A DNA stretch of 64,000 bases from Octopus vulgaris (lineage: Eukaryota), in contig OX597819.1 of assembly GCA_951406725.2 (NCBI GenBank), positions 67,394,001 through 67,458,000 on the forward strand, written 5' to 3'. A model generated the notes under the pieces. That model was given only the letters and a program-made list of their open reading frames with translations, ran no database searches and had not been told where the DNA came from. This document shows, piece by piece, positions 24,830 to 37,809 of the stretch. A program made the position numbers and the translations under genes. Within the stretch, counting starts at the first letter, position 1. The number at the start of each line of letters is the position of its first letter.

Positions 24830-25900
24830 AGAATGTAATATACTTAGAATATTTAGTTTCATATTTGTGAGCGTTCTCTCCCGGAAACTGCAGATGAGGC
24901 GAACAGAGGAATCGCGAACATCAAGAAAGATGAAGTTCGGTAATGTTTTTTAAATATCACCATAAGAAATGTCTATCGTTATTAGATTTGTTGAAGGGTG
25001 AAAATTATTGAAAGCAACCTCTTCATTTAATCCACCTGATTGGTAAAATATCTGCAAAATAAGATATTTCGTTACATAAGGATTGTGAGCATGTCCCGTA
25101 TTCCTCATCCGCAAAGCTCGCTAGGAATTTGACTGTCGGAGCAAGTTGAAATATATGTAAATAGTCACAGAACTTGGTCATAATGTAAACCCAGGGAAAA
25201 TAACATGTTTTTGTCTTGTAACATGTTAACTCAATTGTTACCAGGAGCTCTGCGTACGCTGAACAAGACGAAGCACACCGTGGACCTGTATAGCCTCTGT
25301 TTTTCATATGATGAAGGTGTCCATGATCAAAAACTGAACTGGGGAAACGACAGATGTCACTATACAAGTCCCACTGAAATATTTTGACCAACTTCCCATA
25401 TTTTGTCATGATTTAAGGCGCACAAGCAATTAATTTCATACCATGCCACTGCACTTCTTCCCTTAATGCCTTTGCATTGATGAAGCATCTTACATGGAAA
25501 CAATCGTGCCGTAGCCTACATAGAAACATTGTAGAACGCCATACGTATTCCAGCATTATTCTACTCGCTCATGCACAACCTTCACAAACCTAGAGCGGAT
25601 GGTCAAATATGTTCCCCATCTTGCCCTCTAAAATCTCCTACTTTCATCCACCAGTACTTCTCAGTGTCAGGTATCGGTGAGAGCGAAACCATTAAGCATG
25701 CTTACGATACTAAGGAGCTGTTGATGTCTGCTATTAAGAAAAATAATACGCAACTAGAATCAAGATAAACTAACTAACTAGCGCTTTCAGAATCTATATT
25801 AGGTAGTAATTATATCTGATAATGTTTTCATTAAATGACCGTTTGGTATGTACTTTAAGCAAGTAACTGATTTTGTTAAAACTTGCAGAGCAGTTTTTAT
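24830..25900 (+). mobile_element. Decayed Tc1/mariner relic upstream of copy 6 (duplicated at ~38600-39670)
   Basis: 3' part aligns by eye with the relic at 4100-4500; no intact ORF; 5' boundary approximate. Confidence 0.45.
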
Positions 25901-26231
25901 GCCAAACCGGAACTGCTGCAGTTACTTAACAGTGTTCAAACCTTTGACAGGAAGTAGTCTAGTATTCTTGTAATGAAAAATGATATCGATTCATTTATAC
26001 TTTTCATGACAAATCGATATAAATGCAATAATAAAAGTTACAGCATCCCCATCAAACAGCGAAGATAATCATCTTCACAACATAATCGCAATTATAGTGT
26101 TGATCTTCACTTCACTTCCAATTCATATCACGACCATCATTGTCATGTCATCATCGTCAGCATCTTCACCTACATCAACGTTAAGAAGTATATAGTAAAT
26201 ACGGTATTATATCCTCAACCAATAGAAATTA

Positions 26232-26294
<63 letters not shown>

Positions 26295-26451
26295 GTGTAT
26301 CGTTCTATTTACCTACATAACATAGAAACAAATTATAACCAACAAGGCGTGGCATCGTAAGTGGTATTTTAGAATTTATAATAGGAATTAGATTCATTTA
26401 GCAATTTTTGTTGTCAAGAGCGACTGTCCAGTGGATGAATTAGAATAAAAT

Positions 26452-27200
26452 ATGAACAAAAGAGAAATGGACGTACGGACTAGCAGTAACCAGATAGAAG
26501 GCGATACAAACATTCATTTAGTTGGAACTATAAGGTATGTTTCAGTAATTTAATTGACCTTTGGATCTATCCGAAATTTTACAGTTTTTGCAATATTTTT
26601 CATGAAATAGATGCGTCAGACTAAAATTGTTCCGTATCTCCATTGTTTGGCTCTTGTAGATTTCATTGCTATTTTGGTATATTTACCAAATTTAATATGG
26701 CTGTCAACTATTTTGCAATCTAAGATAGCTCATACAGATATTTAAAACTGAAAATTATTTGGGGTCCGTCAATTCTTCTGTATGTATATAGTATTCTTGG
26801 ATAGCTGTTATCATATCTCTCGAAAGAGTTTTTTAAAGTTTTCCTCCCTTGTCCGGACTTTAATCTCCTGAACGGTATAAGTCTCACCTTGTATTGCTTT
26901 CGTTTCATGTATGTGTTTCTGTTAGGTATACAATGCTAGAAGGGCTTTGTAAAAATTTAAACGTATACTTTGGATGCAGTACACTTCATTTATTCATTCC
27001 TACCAGGTGTGATTATAATAATCACTTCTATCCTTATTTAATAATGAATATTCCATCCAACAGCCCTCAGTCTCATTTGCAACATAATTCAACAACGCAG
27101 TCAGAAACTACTATTTATACAGTGATTACAATAAACTTGTAATTCCTGCTAACTAAGTTTACCTCCGTCTAATAATTACTTGATAAATCTGCTTCCAAAT
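26452..27200 (+). pseudogene. Array GPCR pseudogene (copy 6)
   Basis: MNKREMDVRTSSNQIEGDTNIHLVGTIRYVSVI* then MRQTKIVPYLHCLALVDFIAILVYLP; several stops and frameshifts; truncated after TM6 by a SINE at ~27205. Confidence 0.88.
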
Positions 27201-27533
27201 ATAAGGCAGCGAACTTGCAGAATCGTGTGCACGCCGGACAAAATGCTTAGCGTTCTTTCGTCCATCTTTACGTTCTGATTACAAATTCCGCCGAGGACAA
27301 ATTCTCTTTCTGCATTCTTTTATTCTATTACTTCTTTCACTCATTTGACGGCGTCCATGCTGCAGCACCGCCTTTAATCGAACAAATCGCCCCCAGAACT
27401 TATTCTTTGTAAGCCTAGTAATTATTATATCGTTTTCTTTTTCAGAACAACTAAGTTACAGGGGCGTAAACATACAAAACTCTATTGTCAAGCGATGATT
27501 GGGGAAGAAACACAGACACACAAATACATACTG

Positions 27534-27568
<35 letters not shown>

Positions 27569-28132
27569 CGCCGAGCTTCTTTTTGCTTCCAAATCCACTC
27601 AGAAAGCTTTGATTAGCCTAAGGTTGTAGTACAGTGAGTCTGAAACAGGAATCATGTGGTTGGGAAGCAAGCTTCTTACCACAGCCATTTCTGCGATTGT
27701 CTCGTTGTTTGTAAATATCCGATTAGTACCCCGGATACAAAAGCGTTAGACACCGCCGATATCCTACAAACAATAATATTGGCTTTTTTCAGGGTCACTC
27801 TCTGATTGAAGTTTCATAGCACGTTGTGATTCTGCACGTTTAAACAGAGATCAGAGAAATTGATATTCAGGCCATTGTGAAAGTCAATAAAATTTTGATC
27901 CATAAATGTTTTGGGGGAAATCATATATTAACAAATCAGAGATATACAGAAATGGCTAATATTGTCGTATCAACCTTCGTACTATCAATTAGCTCAAACT
28001 GTTTCATACCGAATCACTTGCCAGGCATACACATCGCTGAATCTTTCGATATACTACTTAGATACTTTACTTAAAAGAATATTATTCCATTCTGGTATTT
28101 ATTATATATATATATATATATATATACATACA

Positions 28133-28231
<99 letters not shown>

Positions 28232-28770
28232 ACATATATATATATATATATCTGTGTGTGTGTGAATGTTCGTGTGTGTCTGTGTCTGTGTGTGAGCGTG
28301 TATGTGTGTGTGTTTGTGTGTGTGTATGTATGAATATATGTATATATATTTATCTATATGTGTATATATATATGTGTGTAATTTTGGGAGCTTTGCTTTT
28401 GTCGTCCTTTCTAAGAATTCACGTAAGATTACGACGATACCTATCTGAAAATTTTGGTTTTTCTTCCGAAGTTTCGTTTCGATGATGAGGTTTTCCCTCT
28501 TTCTGAAATGCTGTCATTACGTCCGAAACAGCAGTTTTCAATACAGCAAATATTCGGGCATTTTTGTCATTATGCTGGCGCCTACCATACGACCACCAAC
28601 AATTTGACCTGTTTGAAAGTCCGATAGAGTTTTATTATGACAACCAAATAATTGTCTGATATTATATTTATAGATAAATTCCTCTATTTTACATAATATC
28701 GAGTTTTCATTCATTTATTTGTTGTCTGAGTAACAATTTTTGTGATATTTCTGCTGCTTTTCAATAAAGG

Positions 28771-28803
<33 letters not shown>

Positions 28804-28986
28804 CAACAGACAACTTAGACAAATGCGTATAATTAGATTAGTGTTTAAATGTTGAGTGCAATACCGGCACAGAATGAACAAAGTATAAAACTTTTCTAGA
28901 AACGCCAAAAACTCAGATATTTGATACCTATGTTGTACCTAATAAAAGACTAATACGAAATCCGTCTCCTACTATCAACTATTGGC

Positions 28987-29035
<49 letters not shown>

Positions 29036-29057
29036 TATATGTATGTAGGTATGCATG

Positions 29058-29089
<32 letters not shown>

Positions 29090-29092
29090 CAG

Positions 29093-30280
29093 CAAGGGGT
29101 TGGGCAAAATCAAAATAATGGAAACACCTAGCATCATATCATCACTATTCTGAAATACCTGTCATACCACCAGAATCTCGTTTATTTTAATGTTGTTGTT
29201 TTTTTTTATTTATTGTTAATTTTGCCCAATATGTTTAGCTAAAATTGTTGTTTCTTTTCAGATATCATCAGAAAAATGTCTGTAGAATTCATTAAGATGA
29301 CAGATCTTGCGGACTTTCAAAGAGGTCAAATTGTTGGTGCTCGTATGGCAGATACTAGCCCGAATGTTTGGTGTATCGAGAAGTACTGAATCGAAAGTAA
29401 TGACATCATTTGAGATATGGGGAAGAACCTCGTCTCCGAAACGAAACTCTGGAAGAAAAAACAAAATTTTCAGATAGGTACTGTCGTACTCTTACATGAA
29501 TTGTTAGAAAAGAACACAAATGCACAACTCCCAAAATTACTGCAGAGTTTAATGACGTCCTCGAGAACCCACTTTCCACGAAAACGGATTTTACGAGAGA
29601 GCTGCAATCAGAAAAACACTACTTTCAAGAACAAAAGTTGCAAGGTGTTTAGAGTGGAGTAAAAAAAAAAGAAAACTACAGAATTGGTCCCTAGAGCAGA
29701 GGAAGAAATTTATTTTCTGGGACGAGTCATCCTTTATATTATTTCCGACTACCAGCCGAGTATATCTGTGGAGACAGCTAAACGAAGCATTTCACCTAGA
29801 TTGCTTTCATCGTTGCGCGGGGTGGGGTATATTATGGAAATTCACCGCCCCAAATGTTTCTCGTTATGTCAGAATTAATGGTCAAGTCTATTTAATTATT
29901 TTATTTGATCAAATTCATCCTACGGTTGCGGAACTGCTTCTGGAGGGAAACACAATGTATCACTTCACACAGCTAGATTCGTTACTGGATGGCACGAGGA
30001 ATATTCAAGTGAAGTTGAACATCTTTTCTGACCACGATAGTCCCTAGATCTCAATATTTACGGTATATTTTAGAAAGAAAAATAAGTAGTCGATATCCAT
30101 CACTATCATCACTACAAGAACTGCTGACTATTTTAGCTGAAGAATGGAGAAAATTTCCCTTCGAAACAATTCAAACTTTGTACGAGTCCATACCTCGTTG
30201 AATTGAAGGCGGCCCTACCCCATATAAAAATAAATTTATTTGAAATTTTAACGTGCTTCCATTATTTTGTCCAACTCCTG
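29093..30280 (+). mobile_element. Tc1-family DNA transposon, decayed, with TIRs
   Basis: Left end caaggggttgggcaaaat...aataatggaaacac; right end reverse complement caggagttggacaaaataatggaagcac; ORF start MTDLADFQRGQIVGARMA at 29297; degenerate WPxxSPDLN at ~30030. Confidence 0.85.
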
Positions 30281-30286
30281 TGTATG

Positions 30287-30318
<32 letters not shown>

Positions 30319-30329
30319 ATTGTTTCTCC

Positions 30330-30376
<47 letters not shown>

Positions 30377-32759
30377 TGAGTGTATTTTTCCATTGTTAGC
30401 AATTAACACGGAATTTACTAGGGTGACAGTGATTTAAAAAAGGTATGTAAAAGATAATTTATATCAGACATTTTGTCAGTAAATGTTTTTCTTACACTCA
30501 TACAGACATAGACACACACGCGCGCGCACGCACACATACTCACACACACCTAGGCACACACACATACGCGAGTTTGCTATATGCGGTGGGGTGTTTAAAA
30601 TTTTAGATTACAATTTACATTTGCTGTCTCTAAAATCTAAGCAATGTACTATCATCATTTCACAAAGTCATACGGGGAGAAAATATTCAAAAGCATTAAT
30701 ACAGATGACAATGATATGAGCAATATACCAGATGATCTAACGAGGGTCTAGAAACCAAAGTTAAATTACATTTCCTTTCATCAGAAAATTATTTTGAAAT
30801 TATAATGAGAAACTAATTGAAGATTCAGACTCTATATTTTTGAAAACTACGCCCCACCCCCCAAAAAAAATTGGAAACAGCCAAAATGTTAGTATTTATA
30901 GTGAGGGCGGAGTTAATAAACAAATTTTTAAATTTTAACATTTTTAAATTGCGTTATATTCTCTGTTTCAAAAAATTGAAAGTGGAAATTGTACTTTATT
31001 TACATTTGACGGATATTTGTCCTCATCTTTATTGATAACACTACATTTCGGCTCGTTAACATAACATTTCAGGTATTTTGGGGGAAATTTCGAACCTGGG
31101 TTCTCATTCCTAAGGTATTTTTCGATGTTGTTGTTATAATAATAATAATAATAATTATTATTATTATTATTATTATTCACGTCTCTGCCTGGAATCGAAC
31201 TCCTGAGCATATAGCGTAGCGATTAACAACAAACACGATGAGGACAAATACCCGTCAAATGTAAACAATTTAAATGACGTACATAATTCCTCATCTCTTA
31301 AATATAGAACTGGAAAATGTAATTCTGGTCACCGATTTTCAATCTCTGTTTAAACTTCAAAGCTTCTCCCATTGTTTAGTGCATTAATATTTGGCAAAGT
31401 CAGTATTGAGTATGGGAGGTGGAGCTGAACAGAAAAAAGGTGACTCGAGAGACTTTTAATGTGAGCAGTCCAAAACGAAAGTGAACAAGTCTGTCCGCAA
31501 GGGGGTGAGGAGGATTCGGGAATTTTCAAATATTTTTTTTTCATAACACTTCTCTACCTTTCATTTGTAAAGATGTGGTGGAAAAGCAAATTTAAATCCA
31601 AGGCCATTGTATTATCAAAAGTTACCTGTCAAGGACGGGATACTAATGTAGTATTTAACCATCAGTCTATGTGTTTAGATATTTATATATATATATATAT
31701 ATGTATGTGTGTTTGTGTGTTAGTGTGTGTGTGTGTCTGTGTGTGTATGCATGTATGTATGTGTGTATATAATGTGGCTTCTTTTATATTAACACATATA
31801 CCGCTTCGTCAATCCGTTCATGACGTAATATACATAAGTTAGAAACATCTGTCTTAAAACATCATTCCGTCGTCTAACCCATCATCACGTGGATCTTATC
31901 GATTTTTATACTAGATTTGAAATTACCCCAGAGGATTCGTATCCTACGGTGGAAATTTAATGTACTAATATAGTAATACATACATTCACCATGTTTAGAA
32001 TTAATTCTATGAAGATACATTAGACTTGCTACATTGTTTTTGTAAGATATAATAATGTAAGATATAGACTGTAACGCTAACCGTCACTTAAACGTCCTCA
32101 AACCATTGTTAGTAGGTTTTCTAGCCTTTTATTAATCGCATGTGATATTGATTCATTTATACCTTTCGCACCAAATCACTTAAGGTATAATTAAATCTGA
32201 TACAGCATCCTCATCACCCAACGTGCACAATCCTTCATACTATTCTATGGTTGCACTAGTAGTCATTATCACCTTGTTTCATATTTCCCAACACTCCAAC
32301 AAATTCATCAAGCACATCGTCATCATTATGATCAACAGCTGAGACATCAGCATTACCATCATCGCAAATATCATCTGCATTTCCACCAATGTCGTCGTTA
32401 ACGTTATCATCACAATTATCAGCATTATCATTAACTTCACTGTAAGCGCAATATTCTTTACAGCAGCAGGTAGAAGTTAAAGAAATAAAAACTTCCCAGT
32501 CTTCACTATACATGTATCTACATACACATACATTAGATATTTACCTCTTTGTTTTACTATATTATATATAAATACATTTGTATGAAAATATCTAACACAG
32601 ATTAAAATTATTTACACGAAGCAGATATCGCCCGGCAATACGAGGAAATTTTCGGGATATTTTATAATATAATACATTTTATAAAATTTATTTGTTACGT
32701 TCCATTACTATTGCTATCAATATCAGGATACCTGACATATTGATGAATTAGAAGGAAAT

Positions 32760-33686
32760 ATGAACAAAACAGAAGTGAACGCATCGACCAACGGTAACCA
32801 GACAGAAAACTATACGAATATACATTTTCTTATAGCTATACAATATGGTTCAATAATTTTATTGATACTTGGATCTATCGGAAATTTTGCCGTTTTTGTA
32901 ATTTTTTTCAAGAAGAAAATGCGTCAGACTAAAATTGTTCCATATCTCCATTGCTTGGCTCTTGTGGATTTCATTGCAATTTTGATATATTTACCAAAAT
33001 TGATATGGCTATCAACTAACTTTCAATATAACAGTTCATATGCAGGTATATTCAACAGTGAAATATATGTGGGATTCACTTTTATTATATATATGTATTC
33101 CTCCTGGATAACTGTTATTATATCTGTTGAACGTCTTTTGGCAATTTTTTCCCCATTTTCCAGCTTTCATTCTTCTGCACGTTATAAACCCTATATTGTG
33201 TTGTTTTGTCTTCTTGTATGTGTTACCCTTATGTATACAATGTTGACAGTATTTTTGAGGAATAATGTGTATGCTTTTTGTATTGCACACTTCATTTATG
33301 CATTCATACCAGCCATGATATTGTTCATCAGTTCGATTCTTATATTGCATAAATTACTGCATCCACCATGCCTCGGTCAAAATTTTCAAAGAAATTCCTC
33401 AGAGAAGAGAAAGAGTACTGTTTATGTTGTCATCGCTATAAACACGCTTTTTCTTCTAACAACGTTCCCTACATCTACTTATTATGTGGTGATGTCACTA
33501 CTGAGCAACATGAATACGGTTTTATACCTGTTTTTGGACATGGTAGCTTGTATTAATAACGTGTTCAACTTTATGATGTATGTTGTGGGAAGCAAATCGT
33601 TTCGCGACAATTTGAAACAAATGTTTTGTAAAGGGACTTCAGTGAACAGAAATGCGGTGTATTCGCTGCAGAATTCAACGACCTAA
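32760..33686 (+). CDS. Class A GPCR, array copy 7, 308 aa
   Basis: Intact ORF with GSIGN, LALVD, SSWITVIISVERL, FLLTTFP, INNVFNFMMY, SKSFR. Confidence 0.92.
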   Translation: MNKTEVNASTNGNQTENYTNIHFLIAIQYGSIILLILGSIGNFAVFVIFFKKKMRQTKIVPYLHCLALVDFIAILIYLPKLIWLSTNFQYNSSYAGIFNSEIYVGFTFIIYMYSSWITVIISVERLLAIFSPFSSFHSSARYKPYIVLFCLLVCVTLMYTMLTVFLRNNVYAFCIAHFIYAFIPAMILFISSILILHKLLHPPCLGQNFQRNSSEKRKSTVYVVIAINTLFLLTTFPTSTYYVVMSLLSNMNTVLYLFLDMVACINNVFNFMMYVVGSKSFRDNLKQMFCKGTSVNRNAVYSLQNSTT

Positions 33687-33836
33687 GTCTTTTCATTTTT
33701 GAGTAACTTACCGGTTCAGTAAGTATCTATCTACCTAAATATCTCTAGCTCTCCTAACAATTATCATTTATGTATTATCAATATATATTTTGTTGTCAAT
33801 TGCTCCACATACTCTAAGTGATTTATAAAGACATTC

Positions 33837-33901
<65 letters not shown>

Positions 33902-34959
33902 AATTTTCCTAAATAGAGGAAAGCACCTTTCTCCAAGTGATAGGCTAAAAAGACTGGTATGGCACTGGGATATCTACCCACATTTTTAGCACAAATAAAA
34001 ATGTTATATCCATCAATGCGGTGTTGAGAACTCCTTTTCATCCTTCAATATTCACGTATCTGTATGTGTGCGTGTGTGTTTGCTTATATGTATAAATTAT
34101 ATTATAATATATTCAAACGCATTAAGATACATGTCGATGTTTCACATTTATAATTTTCTAATTCATAGTCTGGGCGGAACATAATCTCTGCCTATTCCTA
34201 AACAGCTTTCAGATATATTTTCTGAGATAGTTCGGACATATTTTCGAAAGAGAGTGGGGATTCCTCGATGTGTTGCTGAAAGCTCATCGATGACCCATCG
34301 GCCAATATTTCTCAGCCATTTGTATTTTTACCTATGTATTGCTGTGACTCCTATTTCATTTAGACGCTATATCATAGCCTTTCATGTTTAAATGTTCTAT
34401 TATATTGTTTAATAATTAAATAAAATATTATTACAATTATTATTACATAAAAATATTTTTACAAAATTTCATGTATTGTAGAACTATTGACATAGGATAA
34501 TATTTGGGCTTTTTTTAACCGTTTCTGATTGAGCTTTCGTAATACGTTATGTTTATGCAAGTTTTCACAAATATGAGAACGGAAATTCATGCCTTCGTAG
34601 ATTTCAATGAAATCTTGATTGAGAGGTACAGACGTGGCTGTGGGGTAAGAAGCATGCCTCCGATCCACACAGTGGCAACTTGCGAAAGTGTCTTGTACTA
34701 TAGCCTCGGGCCGACCAAAGACATGTGAGTGGATTTGGCAGACCAGAACTGAAAGAAGCCCGTCGTATACATACATACATACATACATACATACATACAT
34801 ACATACATACATACATACATACGTATGTATGTAATTATGTATGTATAAATATATACATGCTCACGTGAATATGTGTCTTTATTTGACAACCAATGTCGGT
34901 GTATTTACGTCCCCGTAACTTAGCGGTTCTGCAAAGGAGTCCAGTAGAAGGTCCCCGTT

Positions 34960-34997
<38 letters not shown>

Positions 34998-35408
34998 TTG
35001 TGTGTGTGTGTGTGTGTGTGTGAGAGTGTGTGTGTATGTATGTATGTATGTATGTATGTATGTATGTATGTATGTATGTATGTATGTATGTATGTATAGA
35101 GTGTTAGGTGGGATGTACAGAATTGAATATTGAGAAAAAATGTCGACAGAATTTGGGGGAAAAAATCCTTTTATTTCTTCATTATTATTATCACTTTCAT
35201 TCCTCTCTAGAACTTGTCAAATGCAATTTGTGAATGTACAAACAGCTTGTTCATTTGTATAAAACCCATGTTTTTATTTTTGGAGGGGGGTTATTTAGAA
35301 GAGAACAGGGTTTTGTTTTTTGGGGTGAGGTTCCAAGACAATGTAGATGGACAGATAGAAATATAGTTAGGTAGATACACTGATTTATAGATAGATAGAT
35401 AGATAAAT

Positions 35409-35450
<42 letters not shown>

Positions 35451-35476
35451 TCATAGATAGGTACATAGATAGGTAC

Positions 35477-35566
<90 letters not shown>

Positions 35567-35568
<2 letters not shown>

Positions 35569-36767
35569 GTTTCTTTATTGGCCACACAGGGCTGCACACA
35601 GATGGTACAAAGGTAGAGCTTTTCCTTTTGGGGGATGAAAAAAACAAAAAACAAAAGAAACAAAAAAAAGGGGTGGCGTAGGTTTTCGATCAAGAAGGAT
35701 CGTAAAAGGGAAGAACAGAACAAAAAATTAATAAATAAATAAAATAAAAAATAAAAAAGAAAAAGAAAAAAAAGAAAAGGAAAAGGAACAAAAGAAAAGA
35801 GAAATGAAAAAAGAAGAAAAAAGTGGAAAAAAGGGGAAGAGAAAAAAAAAACGATCAATAGGGATCATGTATCACAGTGTTATGATATATGGTGTAAAGG
35901 GGAAAGCAAGTAAGGTTTATCCGTGGGAAGAAAAGCCTACGAAAAAGACCACGGTAACCTTGGTCTATATTGTCAGATGTTACCACATTTGTTTGCAAGT
36001 GGGTATCCCTCTGTTTTCAATTTCTGGGTTCATAGGATTATGCTCAAGGTGGCTTCGTCATTCATACGTGCCATCCTTGCTACATTCGCCCATCTTTTTT
36101 TAAAACATTCGCTAGACAAAACTTGCCTCTCTACTCTCACTTTCCTTTTCAAGTGGTACTTGAAGAAGTTGATGAGAGATTGACCGGAGAGGAAAGTGTT
36201 TGTCTCCAATCCTTTCAGTTGCGTCCACCAGATACATTCTTTCGCCATAGCCACAAGGATGATGAAAATAGCTCTTCCTTCCCGTTTGAAGGAAGGAGGC
36301 GTGACAATATTGACGATAGACTCAGCTGATAAACCGACTCGTCCCACACGTGACAGCAGTTGTTCGACATAAGCCCACAGGTCGGAAATTGTTGGACACT
36401 GCAGGAGTGCGTGCAGAACGGTTTCGTCGCTCTGACCGCATCACGGGCAGGTCGGCCCCGTGTTTCTCGAGCCGTGTCTGTAGAGCTTATCCCGAACGGG
36501 TAGCGCTTCTCGGTAGCACTGCCAGGCCAGGGATCTCTGGAAGTTGTCCATGGGCCATGGCCCGAAAGTCGTCCTGAACAGGCGGGTCAGGTACTCCTCG
36601 TCGACGTCCAGGTTCGCCCCGAGCTCGTCGTCGTACCTCCCCTCCACTAATCCCCTATAGAATGCTTTGGTTGTGTTGAAGTCACTCAAGGTCGACCCAG
36701 GACGGCAGAGTTGCTTGAGAGCAACGCGACACTCGCGGTGCTATTCGCCCTTCCTCGGCCTCTTTTT
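35567..36767 (-). mobile_element. 5'-truncated Tx1/L1-group non-LTR retrotransposon in an (ATAG)n tract
   Basis: FQRSLAWQCYREALPVRDKLYRHG...TCP, then CGQSDETVLHALLQCP (C-terminal zinc-knuckle region); T-rich 3' UTR, AATAAA, then (TATC)n; absent from the paralogous tract at 22855-23045. Confidence 0.8.
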
Positions 36768-37748
36768 GATAGATATATTGGTAAAAAGATAGATAGATAG
36801 ATAGATAGAAAGATAGATAGATAGACAGATATGTAGAGAGAAAGAGAAAGAGAATGGTATCTACCTTCCTATTCACCATTCATTTATTTAATTATTTTTT
36901 ATTTTTCCCATTGTATTGAAATGGGTTTAAGGATGGTGACCACTTAAAAAAAAACAGGTGCGGTTTGGTCATCACCGAAAGGCTTTTTGTTTTCTATTTA
37001 ACTCTCTTCTCTTTTCCTTCTTTCTTCTTTCCTTTTTTTCTTTCTTTTTCTTCATTTCTTTCTTTTTATCCTCTTTTAGTTATATTTGGAATATACCCCT
37101 TCCAAACATTCATATTTGGAGGGAACTTTTTGATAAAGTGTTGTTCTTCCTGAAAATGCGTTTGTATAATATTTGCAAATTAATAATTTGAAAAATGAAT
37201 CAGTAAATAAAATACAACAAATATATATTTATGCACACACACACATACACATATGTATACGTAAAGTTAGGGCATTCTAGTGCTACACATATATATGTCG
37301 CAACATTTGTAGAATTGAGCCACATTTGGAATAAATAATTCAAATTCTCCACTTTATCTTCAAACATTCAACTTTGGAGTGAATTTTTTGATGAAATGTA
37401 GTTCCATTACTTTTCTTTTCGGTATGGCGTATCGTTCGGTGGACATTTGATGTCTTGCAAACAACTTGCACATGCAAGTGCTACCAGTTAAAATCTCCGT
37501 ATTTCGGAAGATAGCAAGTGTATGGGGTCATCAGGAGAGAATGCGCGCCGTTTCGGGGCCTACCTCTCGATTTTAAATTTTCAGTCGCTGAATAGTTCCA
37601 GATGCTTAGTGAATGGAATCTAGCGCAATTCTTCTTGTCGGATATGTTGCCTGTGGATGCTTTCACGTTGGCAGAGGGAATTATTTGTTTCACCTATGAA
37701 AGTTTCTTTGCAGTTTGGGCAGATCAACAAACATAGACACACACATAC

Positions 37749-37809
<61 letters not shown>

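Noticed and set aside
32736-32759. In-frame N-terminal extension (DELEGN) suggesting an upstream coding exon
   Set aside because: In-frame TGA just upstream in copy 7 and within the motif in copies 1/2; no conserved acceptor seen.
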